Below, one piece after another: positions 11,772-24,530 of a stretch of 64,000 bases of DNA; the first letter of the stretch is position 1, and each line of letters opens with the position of its first letter. The stretch spans positions 133,308 to 197,307 of the forward strand of contig MU061578.1 in the NCBI GenBank assembly GCA_013265495.1, in the 5' to 3' direction. The translations under genes were made by a program, and so were the position numbers. Below the pieces are notes generated by a model, which saw only the letters and a program-made list of their open reading frames with translations, did not search any database and had not been told where the DNA came from. This stretch comes from Vicugna vicugna (lineage: Eukaryota).

Positions 11772-12132
11772 TGTTAGACATCGAATGCTTGTGTCTCCCC
11801 TGCAAATGCATATGTTCAAATCCCCAATGTGATGTTATTAGGAGATGGGGCCTTTGGGATATGATGAGGGCATGAGCGTGAGGCCTCCATGAGTGGGATT
11901 AGTGCCCTTATAAAAGAAGCCCCACAGGGCTCTCTAGTTCTCTTTCCACTGCATGAACATAAAGAAGCTGGCAGCCTGCAACCTGGAGAGAGGCTTTCAC
12001 CAGAACCCAACCCTGCTGGCACCTTGATCTTGGGCTTCCAGCCTCCAGAACTGTGAGAAATGTTAGTTGTTTAAGTCATCCAGTCTACTGTGTTCTATTA
12101 CAGAAGCCAGAGTAGAAGCCAGAATTCACACA
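11772..12132 (+). mobile_element. MaLR solo LTR, MLT1A-like
   Basis: TG...CA ends; 'aatgtgatgttattaggagatggggcctttggga...gggattagtgcccttataaaagaagcccca...ctggcaccttgatcttgggcttccagcctccagaactgtgagaaa'. Confidence 0.88.
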
Positions 12133-12339
12133 GTTGAATTCTGCTCACCGGAGGTAAGAGGGTAAGTCACTAAGGCCCTCCAGCTTCAGCTTCTCCAAGT
12201 TACAAAGGCCACAGTCATTAATAATGGCTTGTGATTCTAGGCTCACCTGTTGCACAACTCAGGGTGCACTGTTCCCTCTCTTGGAGACACACTGTAATCC
12301 TATTATGTCTAGACAACGGACTCTTCCGGTCATTAGAAA

Positions 12340-12572
12340 GTCACATTTTCAGGGAATGTTTATTGGCATGGGGGAAATGCTTATGGTCAAGAACTAAGTG
12401 TAGAAGAGTAGTTTGAAAATTTACACGTGGTATGATTCCTATTTTGTTTAAAAAATATTTGAGATTAGAAGGAAGTGCATTGAAATGTTAACAGTGATTG
12501 CCACTGATTGGTGAGATGATGGGTATCTTTTCTGCTTTTCTGCATTTTCCATATTTTCAACAGTAAACATGT
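12340..12572 (+). mobile_element. Ancient L1ME 3' end
   Basis: 'tatgattcctattttgtttaaaa...gaaatgttaacagtgattg...ctgcattttccatattttcaacagtaaacatg'. Confidence 0.65.
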
Positions 12573-14743
12573 GGAAAGAGAGGGTCCTGAGTTCCTCCCC
12601 ATTCTCCTTACTGGTGGGTGGGCTCTTTGGTGTAACGGCCCATTGACATTATCCTATGAGAGGTGGTCACTATTACCAAGAGACAGCCTCATTGGTGGTA
12701 TTTGCTTCATTCTGGATAGGAGACATATGGAAGTGACCTCAGACAGAGAGGCCAATGAGTCTCCCAGGACAGAGGAGGAGGAGACAGGAGAAGGAGGAGC
12801 TTTAAAAGATCCAGGAAAAGTGAGTTTTGCTGGCTTTGGCTTCCAGGAACAAAGCCTATTTCAGTGCCACAGAAAAGGTGGGATGCAAACCCAGACTAGG
12901 AGAAATGGCAGTGTCGTACAAGAGGAAGGGGAGCAAGAAGACAGCAGTTCCATTAGCAGTGGATGCTTAAGGCTGAAGGAGACTTGATGGGAGAAGAAAA
13001 GGCCTATTTTGCACCGCCCTCCGGGTCCTGGGTATGTTTGTAATGGCCTGAGGGTCAGACCTGGTTTTGGTCTGTCTGTGTCTACACTCCCTTCTGGACG
13101 GTCTGGTGCAGCGTGGCGGCAGTGGCTACCTGCTGCCTTGCACAAAGAAACAAATAAAATTGTTGTACAAATAATGATCCCTTGCTCTACCCACCTGACA
13201 GGGTTGTGGAGAAACCAAATGAGATAATCACGTGCAGGTGTTTTGTAAAATGCACAGAAGGAACTGTTAGTTGCGCGATCCTGGCCGGGTCTGTGCAGCA
13301 TTCCAGTCAGGCAGCTTGACCCAGGGTGGCAGAATGTCTCTTGTCTTAGCAGAGCCAGGTCCCTCGTTAGTGTTTTCTGGTGCCGACAGGGCTGCACTCA
13401 TTCTTGGCTGTTGACCTGGAGGTCAAGCCTTTGCCACTCTGAGTGCTGCCACCTCAGGGAGATGGAAACTCACTTCTTGGAGAAGCTGTGCAAAATTCTC
13501 CAAGTCAAACAGAGCCTGCTTGCCACAGGACTGAGCAGCCAGTTGGGAGCGGGGCTCTCTGATATCCAATCTGTGCTGCAGGCAGCAAATGTCTGATTAA
13601 GGAGACTCCGGGTTGGAATCAGTGGGGTCAGGCTCTGTCTGAAGACACTCTTGGAAACAGAATCTGATTCCAATACTGGCGTTTCTTCTGTAGCCTTGAC
13701 ATAAGATTCCAATTCATCTGAATTTAGTACATTTTGAGGGTTTTTTCAGTAGCAACCATGTGAAAGAACGGGTTGACCTTTAATTTATAATCTTCGTGTC
13801 ACAGAGTTTAGCAGAGCTTAACCTACGTTGGTTGTGATTCAAAACCGTCTGCCTTGCTTTGGAAAAGGCAGGCTGTGCTCTCAGTGTCAGTTTGAAAAGA
13901 AATTTAAAAAAAAAAAAGGAAACGAGTAATAGATTTCCATTGCAAAAGCCAGACGAAGGCTAGACAGAGAAAGCAGAACTGTCCAAAGAGAAGGAAACCT
14001 GGGACATGGGGGAAGTTCTGAAAAATGAGCAGGAAGCTGGTAAATAAAAGTGTTTATGGCACTTGGTAACTTGAGAGCTGCCAAGAAGAGCCACAGTGAT
14101 GTCAAGGACTGGAAACTGAAATGAAAAGGCTGATGAGAGGCCGAGAGGTCTCATCGAGGAGAGATTCAGTACAATGTTCTGCATTCAGCAGTAATTAAGA
14201 TGCATCTTGTCCTTCTGAGGTGCGTGCAGATGCTGTGATGCAGAGCTCAGACGCCCTCTCTGGGATGAAGCCTTGTTCTCCTGGGCACTGGGATGCTGCC
14301 CAGGGTGACCCTCAGCTGTCAGCCTTCTTTCAGGATTGTCTCAGCTGAAAAGACCTGCCTTGTCCAAGGTGACGCTCTCTCTCTGTGGCACCCTCATCCA
14401 GGGCCTGACCAGGGCATGGATGTAAAGGCTTTCTTCCTTCTCCCAGCTTGGCATCCCAGTTCCAGAGTGGAGTTGCCCGAGGAGGCCTTTGTTGGGTCTG
14501 TATCACAGCTTCGTTTCCCTCTGCCAGACCCTGCCTTCTCCCCCACCTTTCAGCAGGTATAGGTCCCTGGAGCACCCCCTGACAGATGTCCTGCCCACTT
14601 ATCTCCATCCTTGACTCTGCTACTCAGGACTCTACCTGTGAAAGGTGCTATTTGGTACCTAGTTTCCTAAAGTGATGCTAACAAAGATGCTGAGCTTTTG
14701 AATGCATCCCACTTGTACTCTTATAGATGGAAGTCATAAGTGG

Positions 14744-15194
14744 TATGGTAGGCATAATAATGGTCCTGTCAGTGTGTTACCTTCCATGGCAAAGGGTAAT
14801 TAAGGTTGGTGGTGAAGTTAAAGTTGCAAACCAACCGAACATAAAATGGACAGATGATCCTGGGTTATCTGTGTGGGCCCAATGTAATCATATACATCCT
14901 TAAAGTTGGAAGAGAGAGGTAGAAGAGGAGGGTCAGGGAAAGAGATGTGAGAACAGAAGCAGAGTTACAGAGATGCGACCTTGCTGGGTGGCCTTGAGAA
15001 GCTGAAAAAAGCAAGAAAAGAGATTCTCTCTTAGAGCCTCCAGAAGGAATACAGCCCTACCAACACCTTGATTTTGGTCCACTGAGACCTATGTAGGACT
15101 TCTAACCTATAAAAATATAAGATACTAAACATGCATTGTTGTAAGTCACTGAGTTTGTGGTAATTTGTTACAACAGTGATAGAAAATTACTACA
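14744..15194 (+). mobile_element. MaLR solo LTR, MLT1D-like
   Basis: Perfect 5-bp TSD AGTGG (14739-14743 / 15195-15199); contains 'gattctctcttagagcctccagaaggaatacagccct' and ends 'ttgttacaacagtgatagaaaattactaca'. Confidence 0.9.
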
Positions 15195-15199
15195 AGTGG

Positions 15200-15400
15200 T
15201 GTGAATCTCTTTGGAAAGGTAAAGGACGGCATACATCAAAAGTCATAAAAATATTTCTTAACTTTTCACTCCCTAAGTAAGTATCCAAGTAAGACCTACC
15301 CCTGACATCTATTCCAAGGAAATAACAGAAGAAAAGGCTACATACTTGATATTGATTGCAGTATTATTTTTATACTGACTCTAGATAAAATATCCTATAG
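15200..15400 (+). mobile_element. Ancient L1ME fragment
   Basis: 'tttggaaagg...catcaaaagtcataaaaatattt...atctattccaaggaaataac...ttgattgcagtattattt'. Confidence 0.5.
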
Positions 15401-15881
15401 TCAAATTTTGTTAATTATGAACGCCAATTGAATCTGATGTTGTCGTGAATTTCAGAGCCAACAGGGTGGGGAGCACTGTGGGTGGGGAATATTCTCCAGG
15501 ACTTCTCAAATTATACCATGAATGCACCTGTACAGGTCTGGAGGCGATCCTGGGGGATAGTGAAGCGATTGAAAAAGACAAACTTCTTCCTCTTAAAATT
15601 TTCAGGACTCTCTGGCTCATCCTGAGGAGTTTTCATCAACTTTCTGTCTTGTGGTTTCCTTCCCTAATTCTGCCTGCTCCTGAAGTAGGTCCTTATATGT
15701 GCAAATTCAGGGCACCTTTTGGCCTTAGAGCAACATAACTAATAACTGAAATGATGTATAATTAACTACTTTGCACATCAATATCAATCTGCAATATTGA
15801 TTGCTTAAATATTTTAGAACCAATGTTTTTATTTATACATAGTGTTGTGTGTGTACATATATAAAAATGTGTATTAAAGTA

Positions 15882-16222
15882 GTATTTTTACTGTATGATA
15901 CCACTGTATGTGGAATCTAAAAAATACAACAAACTAGTGACTGTAACAAAAAAGAAGCAGGCTCACAGACACAGAGAACAATCTAGTGGTTGTCAGTGGG
16001 GAGATGGAAGAGGGAAAGGGCAATAAAGGGGTAAGGTATTAAGAAGTACAAACTATTCTGCATAAAATAAGCTATAAGGATATATTGTACAACACGGGGA
16101 ATATAGCCAACATTTTATAATAACTATAAATGGAGTATAACCTTTAAAATTGTGAATCACTATATTGTACAAGTGTAATTTATACAATATTGTACTTCAA
16201 CTGTACTTCAATAAAAAAATTT
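15882..16222 (+). mobile_element. Cetartiodactyl-type L1 3' end (older subfamily)
   Basis: Ends 'caactgtacttcaataaaaaaa'; TSD aaaatgtgtattaaagta (15864-15881) / aaaatatgtattaaaata (16223-16240), 16/18 identical. Confidence 0.9.
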
Positions 16223-16620
16223 AAAATATGTATTAAAATACAAACCATTAAATCTTCCCTTTGTGTCTGGTGTCTAACTTTTGAGAAGGCCAACTAAGCT
16301 TCCACAAAGTGGAAAAGTTCTTTCAAAATTCACCCTCAAGGCATAGGATCTGCAGTGTAATGAAGACAAGGAAGAAAAAAGGGTAAATTAAACGCAAAGG
16401 GTATCCATGTGAGAGGAAAGAAATGTCTTCATGTCTGCCTCTGGTGCTGTAACCCAGCTGTCTGAAGAACACCAAGTATTTCCTTTTTTTAAAATTTCAC
16501 CCCAAAAATATCTACATTGGGGTTTCCTCCTTCCTCACCCCTCCCACCCCCAGCATCTTAACTGATTAATGCACGTGAAAGTTTGAGAAAAAATACCTAC
16601 TGTTAAAATTAAGGCTCTTA

Positions 16621-17380
16621 AGGGAACACTCCTACACTGTTAGTGAGAAAATAATTTGGTACAGCCACTATGAAAAACAGTATGGACATTCCTAAGATTC
16701 TAAAAAAAAAAGTTACCATATGATCCAGCAATCCTACTCTGAGGCATATATCCAGAGAAAACTCTAATTCAAAAAGATACATGCACCCCAGTGTTCATAG
16801 CAGCACTATTTACAATAGCAAAGACATGGAAACAACCTAAATGTCCACTGACAGATGAATGGATAAAGCAGATGTGGTATACACATGCACACACACAAAT
16901 ATACACACAATGGAATACTACTCAGCCATAAAAGGAATGAAACAATGTCATTTGCAGCAACATGGATGGACCTAGAGATTATCATACTAAGTGAAAGTAA
17001 GTCAGACAAAGACAAATATATATCACTTATATACGGAATCTAAAAAATGACACAAATGAACTTATTTACAAAATAGAAATAGACTAACAGACACAGAAGA
17101 CAAACTATGGTTACTAAAGGGGAAAGGTGTTGGGGGTGTGAGGATAAATTAGGAGTTTGGGATTAGCAGATACAAGCCATTATATATAAAATAGACAACA
17201 ACAAGGTCCTACTGTAGAACACAGGGAGCTGTTTTCAATATCTTGTAATAACCTACAATGAAAAAGCATATGAAAAAGAATACATATATATATATATATA
17301 TATATGTATAACTGAATCACTATGCTATACACCCAAACTAACAAAACACTATAAATCAACTATACTTCAATAAAAAAACA
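16621..17380 (+). mobile_element. L1 ORF2 C-terminal remnant plus 3' UTR
   Basis: 'accatatgatccagcaatcctactct...atggatggacctagagattatcatactaagtgaa...caactatacttcaataaaaaaa'; flanked by duplicated 'aggctctta'. Confidence 0.92.
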
Positions 17381-17394
17381 ATAATAGGCTCTTA

Positions 17395-17522
17395 GGTTCG
17401 ATTGCCAGAGAAGTGGGCTCAATAGACTTGAGTTTGGGTGTAGGAATCTGAATTTTTATCAGGCACTCTGGGAAATTCTGATTTAGGTAGTTTGTGGACC
17501 ACACATGATAAAACTCTGCCCT
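17395..17522. mobile_element. MER5-like MITE fragment
   Basis: 'aggaatctgaatttttatcaggcactctgggaaattctgat...ggaccacacatgataaaactctg'. Confidence 0.55.
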
Positions 17523-18867
17523 GCTGGAATCCCAAAACAATTTCACGTGCAGGATTCTTTTGTGAAAGCAGCTGATGAATTGATCTTCACCATTAAGTGG
17601 GGAGTTGGAGACCTCCTCTTAGTTTCCCCTATCAGGAGTTGTATGAGTTAATCCAGTCCATAAATAAAGTCTCGGTTGCAAGTCAAATATTTATTTCCTC
17701 TGCTGAAGAGTAGAGAGCCTCTTTTCTATCAAGCTTCATCATGACATGCATTGGAATGGTGCCGATGGAAAGTGATTGCACTCGGGGAGATTTTTATTAT
17801 GTGATTTCGACTAACAAAGGGAAGAGAAAAATCCAATTAAATTCCAGGAAGGAATGACAGAGAGAGATCATAATGGAGCCATATTGTTCCAAGCAGGTTC
17901 CCCTGCCACCCTGCCAGAGCAGGGATTCTGGGCAGAGTTAGCTTATCTGCAGACCGTGGGGGACAGAGGGAATGTGGTCAGGAAGGAGACCGGCAAGTGG
18001 GGATTGTGGCCATTCAGAGAAGGGAGTGACTGAGGTCAGAAAGACACTGGCAGAGTGTCATCATATTTCCAAAAGCACATGCAATCCAGAACTTTAATGG
18101 TAAAAAATTATTTGAATATAACAGACTATAGAAATGATGCATTATCAGCCTAGAAAGACAAGGACTAAGAAGGAAGCATACTGAAGTCTTTAAACTTGAA
18201 GCAGGAAACTAAGTGATTTCTGAGTCTGGACAGAGGGATCTATGGGTGGGGGTGGGATTCCTGACTTATTAAAGAGAGTAACTGAGAGTGATGATGGAGA
18301 TGATGAAGGAAATGATGACAACAGTTTACACCTGTGATAGCCACACTTGGCAGTGGGTGGGGATTTAGTTGGGGACTCTGGATGCTGGGGGACACAAGGG
18401 CCCCAAGTTCATGCTGTGGGAAGAAAGAGGCTCTGGGGACAATAAGCTATAGGTAGGAGGGCTTTACTGGGGAGCATATCTTGGCACCTGGAAAGTTTCA
18501 CAGGGGTTGGAATGTCAGCATTGGTAGAGTCTGGGCAGGGACCTGTGATACCAAATAAGGATGGGTTTTAGAGCTGTGATCAGGAGGCAACAGAGCCTGT
18601 GGTATGTACTGTCTTTAGGATTTGGAGAGGAGAGGGCTTGGACAGAAACAGAGTGTTTCCTAGAAACTGGATCTGAGGAAACTTTATGTGGTCATTGGTG
18701 GTTCTACAGCCCTAGAAGGTGAGGAGAAACTCAGGTCTGGTGAAAGATGCGCTTGAATGTCCAGGCCTGTGGTCAACCTGAGTAACAGCTAGCATCCCTC
18801 TAGAGTCTTAAAGTGCATACCTTTTATATAATCTGTTTTGCATTTATAATAATGAAGAGAATATCTC

Positions 18868-20160
18868 TTGGCCAAGAGGCACATGTAAAGATGCTCAATA
18901 TCACTAATCATCAGAGAAATGCAAATCAAAACTACAATGAGGAATCATCTCACACCAGTCAGAATGGCCATCATTAGAAAGTCCACAAATAATAAATGCT
19001 GGAGAGGGTGTGGAGAAAAGGGAACCATCCTACATTGTTGGTAGAAATGTAATTTGGTGCAGCCACTATGCAAAACAGTATGGAGATTCATTAAAAAACA
19101 AAAAATGGAATGGATGTTCCTAGAGAATGTCATTCTAAGTGAGGTAAGCCAGAAAGAGAAAGAAAAATACCATATGAGATTGCTCATATGTGAAATCTAA
19201 AACAAATGAACAAACAAACAAAACATAAATACAAAACAGAAACAGACTCATAGACATGGAATACAAACCTGTGGTTGCCAAGGGGTCGGGGGGTGGGAAG
19301 GGATAGACTGGGATTTTAAAATGTAGAATAGATAAACAAGATTATACTGTATAGCACAAGGAAATATACACAAGATCTTATGATAGCTCATGTGTGACAA
19401 TGAATACATATATGTTCATGTAAAACTGAAAAATTGTGCTCTACACTGGAATTTGACACAACATTGTAAAATGATTATAAATCAATAAAAAATGTTTAAA
19501 AAAAAAACAACCAAAAAAAGGAGTTACCACATGATCCAGCAATCCCACTCCTGGGCATATATCCAGAGAAAACTCTAATTTGAAAAGATACATGCACCCC
19601 AATGTTCATAGAAGCATTGTTTACAATAGCCAAGACATGGAAGTAACCTTAATGCCCATTGACAGATGAATAAAGAAGTTGTGTGTGTGTGTGTATGTGT
19701 GTAAACATGTACATAATATAATGGAATATTACTCAGCCATAATAAAGAATGGAATAATGCCATTTTCGGCAACAAGAATGGACCTAGAGATTATCATACT
19801 AAGTGAAGTAAGTCAGACAGAGAAAGACAAATATCATATGATATCAATTATATGTGAAATCTAAAAAATGATATAAATTATTTACAAAACAGAAAGAGAC
19901 TCATAGAAAACAAAGAAAGGAGAAAGGAGGCATAAATTAGGAGTTTGGGATGAGCAGATATAAACTACTACATACAAAGCAGAAAAACAGCAAGATCCTG
20001 CTGTATAGCAAACGGATCTATATTCAATAGCTTGTAATAACCTATAATTACAAAAAAGTATATGAAAAAGAATACAAATTATGTATAACTGAATCACTAT
20101 GGTATACACCAGAAACTAACACAACATTGTGAATCAACTATACTTCAATTTTTAAAAAAA
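18868..20160 (+). mobile_element. L1 3' portion (outer element), split by a younger L1 at 19110-19506
   Basis: 'aagatgctcaatatcactaatcatcagagaaatgcaaatcaaaactacaatgag...' breaks at 19109 and resumes at 19523 'gttaccacatgatccagcaatcccactcctggg'; ends 'caactatacttcaatttttaaaaaaa'. Confidence 0.92.
19110..19506 (+). mobile_element. Younger, probably camelid-specific L1 3' UTR nested in the outer L1
   Basis: Distinct 3' UTR ('atggatgttcctagagaatgtcattctaagtgaggtaagccag...ctctacactggaatttgacacaacattgtaaaatgattataaatcaataaaaaatg') with A-tail and TSD-like caaaaaatgga / caaaaaaagga. Confidence 0.85.
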
Positions 20161-20599
20161 GCACATCTTTAATCAAAATAGTAGATTCACGTTGCAAAAC
20201 AATCCAAGTTATATACAACGCTTATAATGAAAACCAATTATTCTTCCCCCAACCCGTCCCACTGCTGAGTCTTTATCATCAGAGCCAACCATCCCTTTGG
20301 CTGTCTGTCCTGGATCTGGAGCATCACTTGATGTTCAGAGATGCCAGCTGTAATGTCATTTATTTCATGGAAACACTGGACCCAATACAGGATCCACTGG
20401 ACACTGGTTACTCTCTCTGGTGGGGGCAGAAAGAACAGGTATTGGCTAAAGGAGGACCCTATACTTACTATGAATTTCTGATTATTTAGGCTTAACAAAT
20501 TTTTCTTGACTTCTGAGCCTCTAAGAACTAAGCTAGAAAATGTTACCACAGTTTTCATAGGAGGGACTTCAGGCACAGGCGGATTAGATATAGACCCCT

Positions 20600-20820
20600 G
20601 ATCATCCTAGTAGATTATGGAGTCAGGATTTGAGCCCTAGAATCCTGACTTCTAAGCCCATTTGCATCCTTCTTTCACCACTTCTCCATTGACAAATGGA
20701 GAAAAAAAAGTCCCAGGAGTCAGGTGATGGACCCATGGTCATATAACTGAGGAGGTGGGTGTGATGGAGCTCATTCTAGAAACAAGGTCTTCAGACTCCA
20801 AATCTGGGGTCCTTTCCAAC
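20600..20820 (-). mobile_element. MIR fragments
   Basis: 'ggagtcaggatttgagccctagaatcctgacttctaagccc' and 'ctagaaacaaggtcttcagactccaaatct'. Confidence 0.55.
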
Positions 20821-21604
20821 AGGGTACCTCTCTCATCATAGTCTAATTTCTGAGCCACTTCCTTTGGTCCAGAAGAACTTTAGAAGAACCCAAGGAAATT
20901 AAAGAATGAAGTCCAGGTCGCTGGCCCCTCCCTGGTGTACTTAAGTAAGCTGCCGAGGAGGCCAGGCCATTTATTTTCAGGAACAGCTTAATGATCACCC
21001 AGCAAGTCTAGTTACGGATGTGGTTCATCAGGCACCTGGATATACTAGTGCAAAAAGCTCACAGTCCGTCTCAGGCTGATGGATTGCCCGAGTTATTAAT
21101 ACGGAAAAGGAGGGAGATTTACTTTCGGTAGTGGAATTAAGGTGCTTCAGTGTACCCTGGACTAGTTGTTTTAAAATAACAGGGGACCGAGTTTCTCTTG
21201 GAAAAGGACTTAATTTTTATTGAAAACCTACCACCTTCAAATGGCCGGGAAGTTGAAGAACTATAAAACTGTCAAACAGCCCCATTATTAAAAGCTTTAT
21301 TTGACAAATCTTCCACTGCTGGGGTAACTCGTGCGTTTTCCCTCCTCTCTCCGAAGAAATAAAACCACTCACTTATGCAAACTGCTGACAAGGAATGGAA
21401 ACAAATGGACTTCTAAACACGAGCAGAGACACCCCGGCCCTTCCCGCAGCCTAATGGAAAGGCAAGCCACTCATAAATCTGGGGCTGGTCGGACAGAATG
21501 GTGGTTCCTCCTCATCTTATCAGGCTCAGAGCTGAGGAAAATGTCCTTGTTTCTGGAAGGCTCTGCATTAGTGGGAGGGGTTAGACGGCAGGAAGAAGTG
21601 CTTT

Positions 21605-22235
21605 ACTGACACAGTCCTCTTTAAGACAACTCACATTTATTATCTCATGGCTTCTGTGGATGAGGAATCCAGGCCCAGATGGGATGGGTCCTCTACTTAG
21701 GAACTCATGAAGCTGCAACCCAAGCAGGGTGGAGTTCCCATCTGGAGGCTCAGCTTGGAAAGGGGTCATTTCCCCGTTGGTGTGGTTGCTGGCAGCATTC
21801 AGTTACTTGATAGTATAATTTAAATTTCTTCCTTCCTTCCTTCCTTCTTTCTTTCCTTCCTTCCTGCCTTCCCTCCCTTGTTGCCTTCCTCCCTTCCTCC
21901 TTTCTTCCTTTTTTTCTTCCTTCCTTTCATTCTTTCACTGACTGATGTCCAGAGGCCATTCTCAGCTCCTGACCTGAAATTTCTTGCCAGAAAAACTTCT
22001 CAAACATGGCCACTTACTTCATGGGGCCAGAAAGAAGGGTCTCTAGGGAGCTGCTTCACAAGATGGGGGTCTTAAAAAATGTAATGTGGTTGTGGAAGGG
22101 ACAGCCCATCACCTTTGCCATATTCTACTGGTGAGAAGCAAGGTCTTGCCTGAACTCAAGGAGGGGCTATTATGCAAGAGTGTGGTTACAAGAAGGTGGG
22201 AGTCATGGGGGTCTCCTTAGAGTCTGTGTACCCTG
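21605..22235 (-). mobile_element. MaLR LTR (MLT1E-like) containing an expanded CT-rich repeat
   Basis: 'acatttattatctcatggcttctgtggatgaggaatccagg...tggcagcattcagttacttg...catcacctttgccatattctactgg...ggagtcatggggg'. Confidence 0.75.
21825..21935. repeat. (TTCC)n / polypyrimidine tract
   Basis: Direct read. Confidence 0.95.
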
Positions 22236-22849
22236 CCTCCTTGTCCCACGACCATCGGCTGACCAAGTGGAGTATGTTTTAGCCGAGCTGCTGGAAAAGA
22301 AGGAAGGAAGGAAGAGAGGGAGGGAGGGGAACTTATTTATGGGGTACTTTGGAATATACAAGAAAGCAGTAGTCCAGTATAGATTATTGTCAAAAGAGAA
22401 GTGACATTTTTTTCTTCTACTAAAGTCTACTTCTGACTTTTTGTACTAATGAAGGAGATGTAAGTTCTAGGTCTCCCAGCTGATCTAATAAGATTCCATG
22501 CGTTTAGGGGTGTTACTCTGCATCTTTAAACCACAGAGATTATCCTTTTTGATTTCTATGTAGTTTACATGGTTTGGAAAATCGTGTCTACCAATCCGTG
22601 TTTTCTGAACAGTCTCCTTGTCGACAATCATCTTCTGTGTGCCGACTCTGCATATGTTTGATCAGAAGCTCAGATGAGTACTTAGAACACTGCAACTCCT
22701 AAGTAAATGTTCAGGGAATTAGCAGGGGTGGGTGTTTTCCTTTTGGGGTAAGTGACTCAGCAGATGAATTAGGAAGCAGATGCGGCGTGAAGGTAAAGGA
22801 GGGATGGAGGGAGACCTACAACCAACCTTCTCACACACCGTTGGTAAAA

Positions 22850-23046
22850 GTCACGGTTTCTCAGTCTCAGCTCCACTGACATTCGAGGCCAGATAATTCC
22901 TTGCTGTGGGGAGGGGTCAGAATGTTTGCAGCATCGCTGGCCTTTACCCATTAGATACCAGTAGCACATACACCCCAACCCTCTCCAGACATTGCCAAAT
23001 GTTTCTCAGGGAGGAGAGCAGAATCTCCCCCAGTGGAGAAGCCCTA
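22850..23046 (-). mobile_element. MER20 hAT-Charlie element
   Basis: 'ggtttctcagtctcagctccactgacattcgaggccagataatt...tacccattagataccagtagcac...tctccagacattgccaaatgt'. Confidence 0.85.
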
Positions 23047-23189
23047 ATATAATTCTAGCACAAAGTAAATGACACAGATTATTTAGGAAGCTTGAGTTGT
23101 TTCACCAGGACCAATGTATAATTGTTCAGGTTTTTTACAGACGCTAGAACTATCTCATGGAGTGCCCCTTGTGTTGGGAATCAGTAGCT

Positions 23190-23440
23190 GGATAATGACA
23201 CGGGCTTTGGAGTTTTGGGGGTGGACTTTGTAGTGTCTGAATCCCAGTTCTACCACTTACAAGCTGTGTGACTCGGGGCGAATTTTAAAAATGGCTTCTG
23301 TTCTGGTCTCCTTATCTGAAAAATGGGGACGATAACTCCTCTAGCTGCTGCTGTGGATACACATCATACATGTAAAACCCTTTAGTGCAGGTGTTGTGTG
23401 CAAGAAAAAAAAAAGATGCTCAATGTGTTAGTTATTCCTC
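23190..23440 (+). mobile_element. MIR
   Basis: 'tgaatcccagttctaccacttacaagctgtgtgactcgggg...ccttatctgaaaaatgggga...tgctcaatgtgttag'. Confidence 0.8.
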
Positions 23441-23825
23441 AGCAGGCCTTTAGATGTTTAGACATCCGGGCTATCTCAGGTTGGCCATCTTCTTCCTTCA
23501 CTCCCTCTGGATTTTGGATCTTGTTGGGATGGAACAGCGGGAACAGGAGAGTCTTAACTGAGGGCTCCCTTGCTCAGGTGAAGATGACTGGCAGGTACTG
23601 GGACCCAGGGCAGGTCAGCGTTGATGAGGAGATGAGGCATGTTTGGGGGGTCACAGTGACATCCAGATACCCTCCGTTGTTGGGAGTATATCTCTGTGAT
23701 TACATTTCTAATCTCCCTCCTTTCTTCCTAGGAGATCTTGCTTTCTGTCGGCTGCAAACCCGTCTTCATGATCCTATTGGTAGGAAGTATTTTCATGCAT
23801 TAGCCCATAATGCAATATACGTGTG

Positions 23826-24530
23826 TTATTGTGGCAAAGTATCCATAATGTAAAATTTACTATTTTAACCATTTTGAAATGTACAGTTCTGTGGCTTTAA
23901 GTATGTTCATGCTGTTGGGCAAACACCACCACCATCCATCTCCAGAACTCTTTTCATCATCTCAAACTCAAACTGCACCCATTAAACACTAGCTCCCATT
24001 CCTCACTGTGAGCCCCTGGCCACCACCCTTCTACTTTCTGTCTCCATGACTTTGACTACTCTAGGGGCCTCATAGAAGTGGAATCATACAACAGTGGTCC
24101 TTTTGTGACTGGCTTACTTCACAGAGCACAATGCCCTCAAGGTTTATCCGTGTTGCAGCATGTGTCAGGGTTTCCTTCCTTTTTAAACGTCCATACCACG
24201 TCTTGTTTATCCATTCATCTGTCGACGGACACAGGTTAGTTCCACCTTTTGGCTATTGTGAATCTTGCTGCTATGGTCACAGGTATACAGATATCCGTTT
24301 GAGTCCCAGCTTTCACTTTTAATTATACACCGAGACGTGGAATTTCTGGATTATATGGCAATTCTATGTTCAACTTTTTCTTGAGGAACCACCACTATTT
24401 TCCACAGCAGCTGCATCATTTTGCATTCCCACCAGCGAGGCCCAAAGGTTCAAACTTCTCCACATCTCTGTGGTTTTGGTTTGCATTCCCCTAATGACTA
24501 GGGATGTGGAACCTCTTTTCATGTTTGCAT
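23826..24530 (-). mobile_element. L1MB-type 3' end
   Basis: 'aaaatttactattttaaccattttgaaatgtacagttctgtggc...ccatccatctccagaactc...ttccaccttttggctattgtgaat...tttgcattcccaccagc'. Confidence 0.88.

Noticed and set aside
12571..13397. Overlapping ORFs of 138 and 178 aa
   Set aside because: No recognisable domain, alternative start codons, overlap with MIR-like text near 13150-13260, and no convincing splice boundaries.
16806..20109. Minus-strand ORFs with 'familiar' hydrophobic peptides (e.g. [18 protein letters not shown])
   Set aside because: Antisense translations of L1 3' ends, a common source of spurious predicted proteins.
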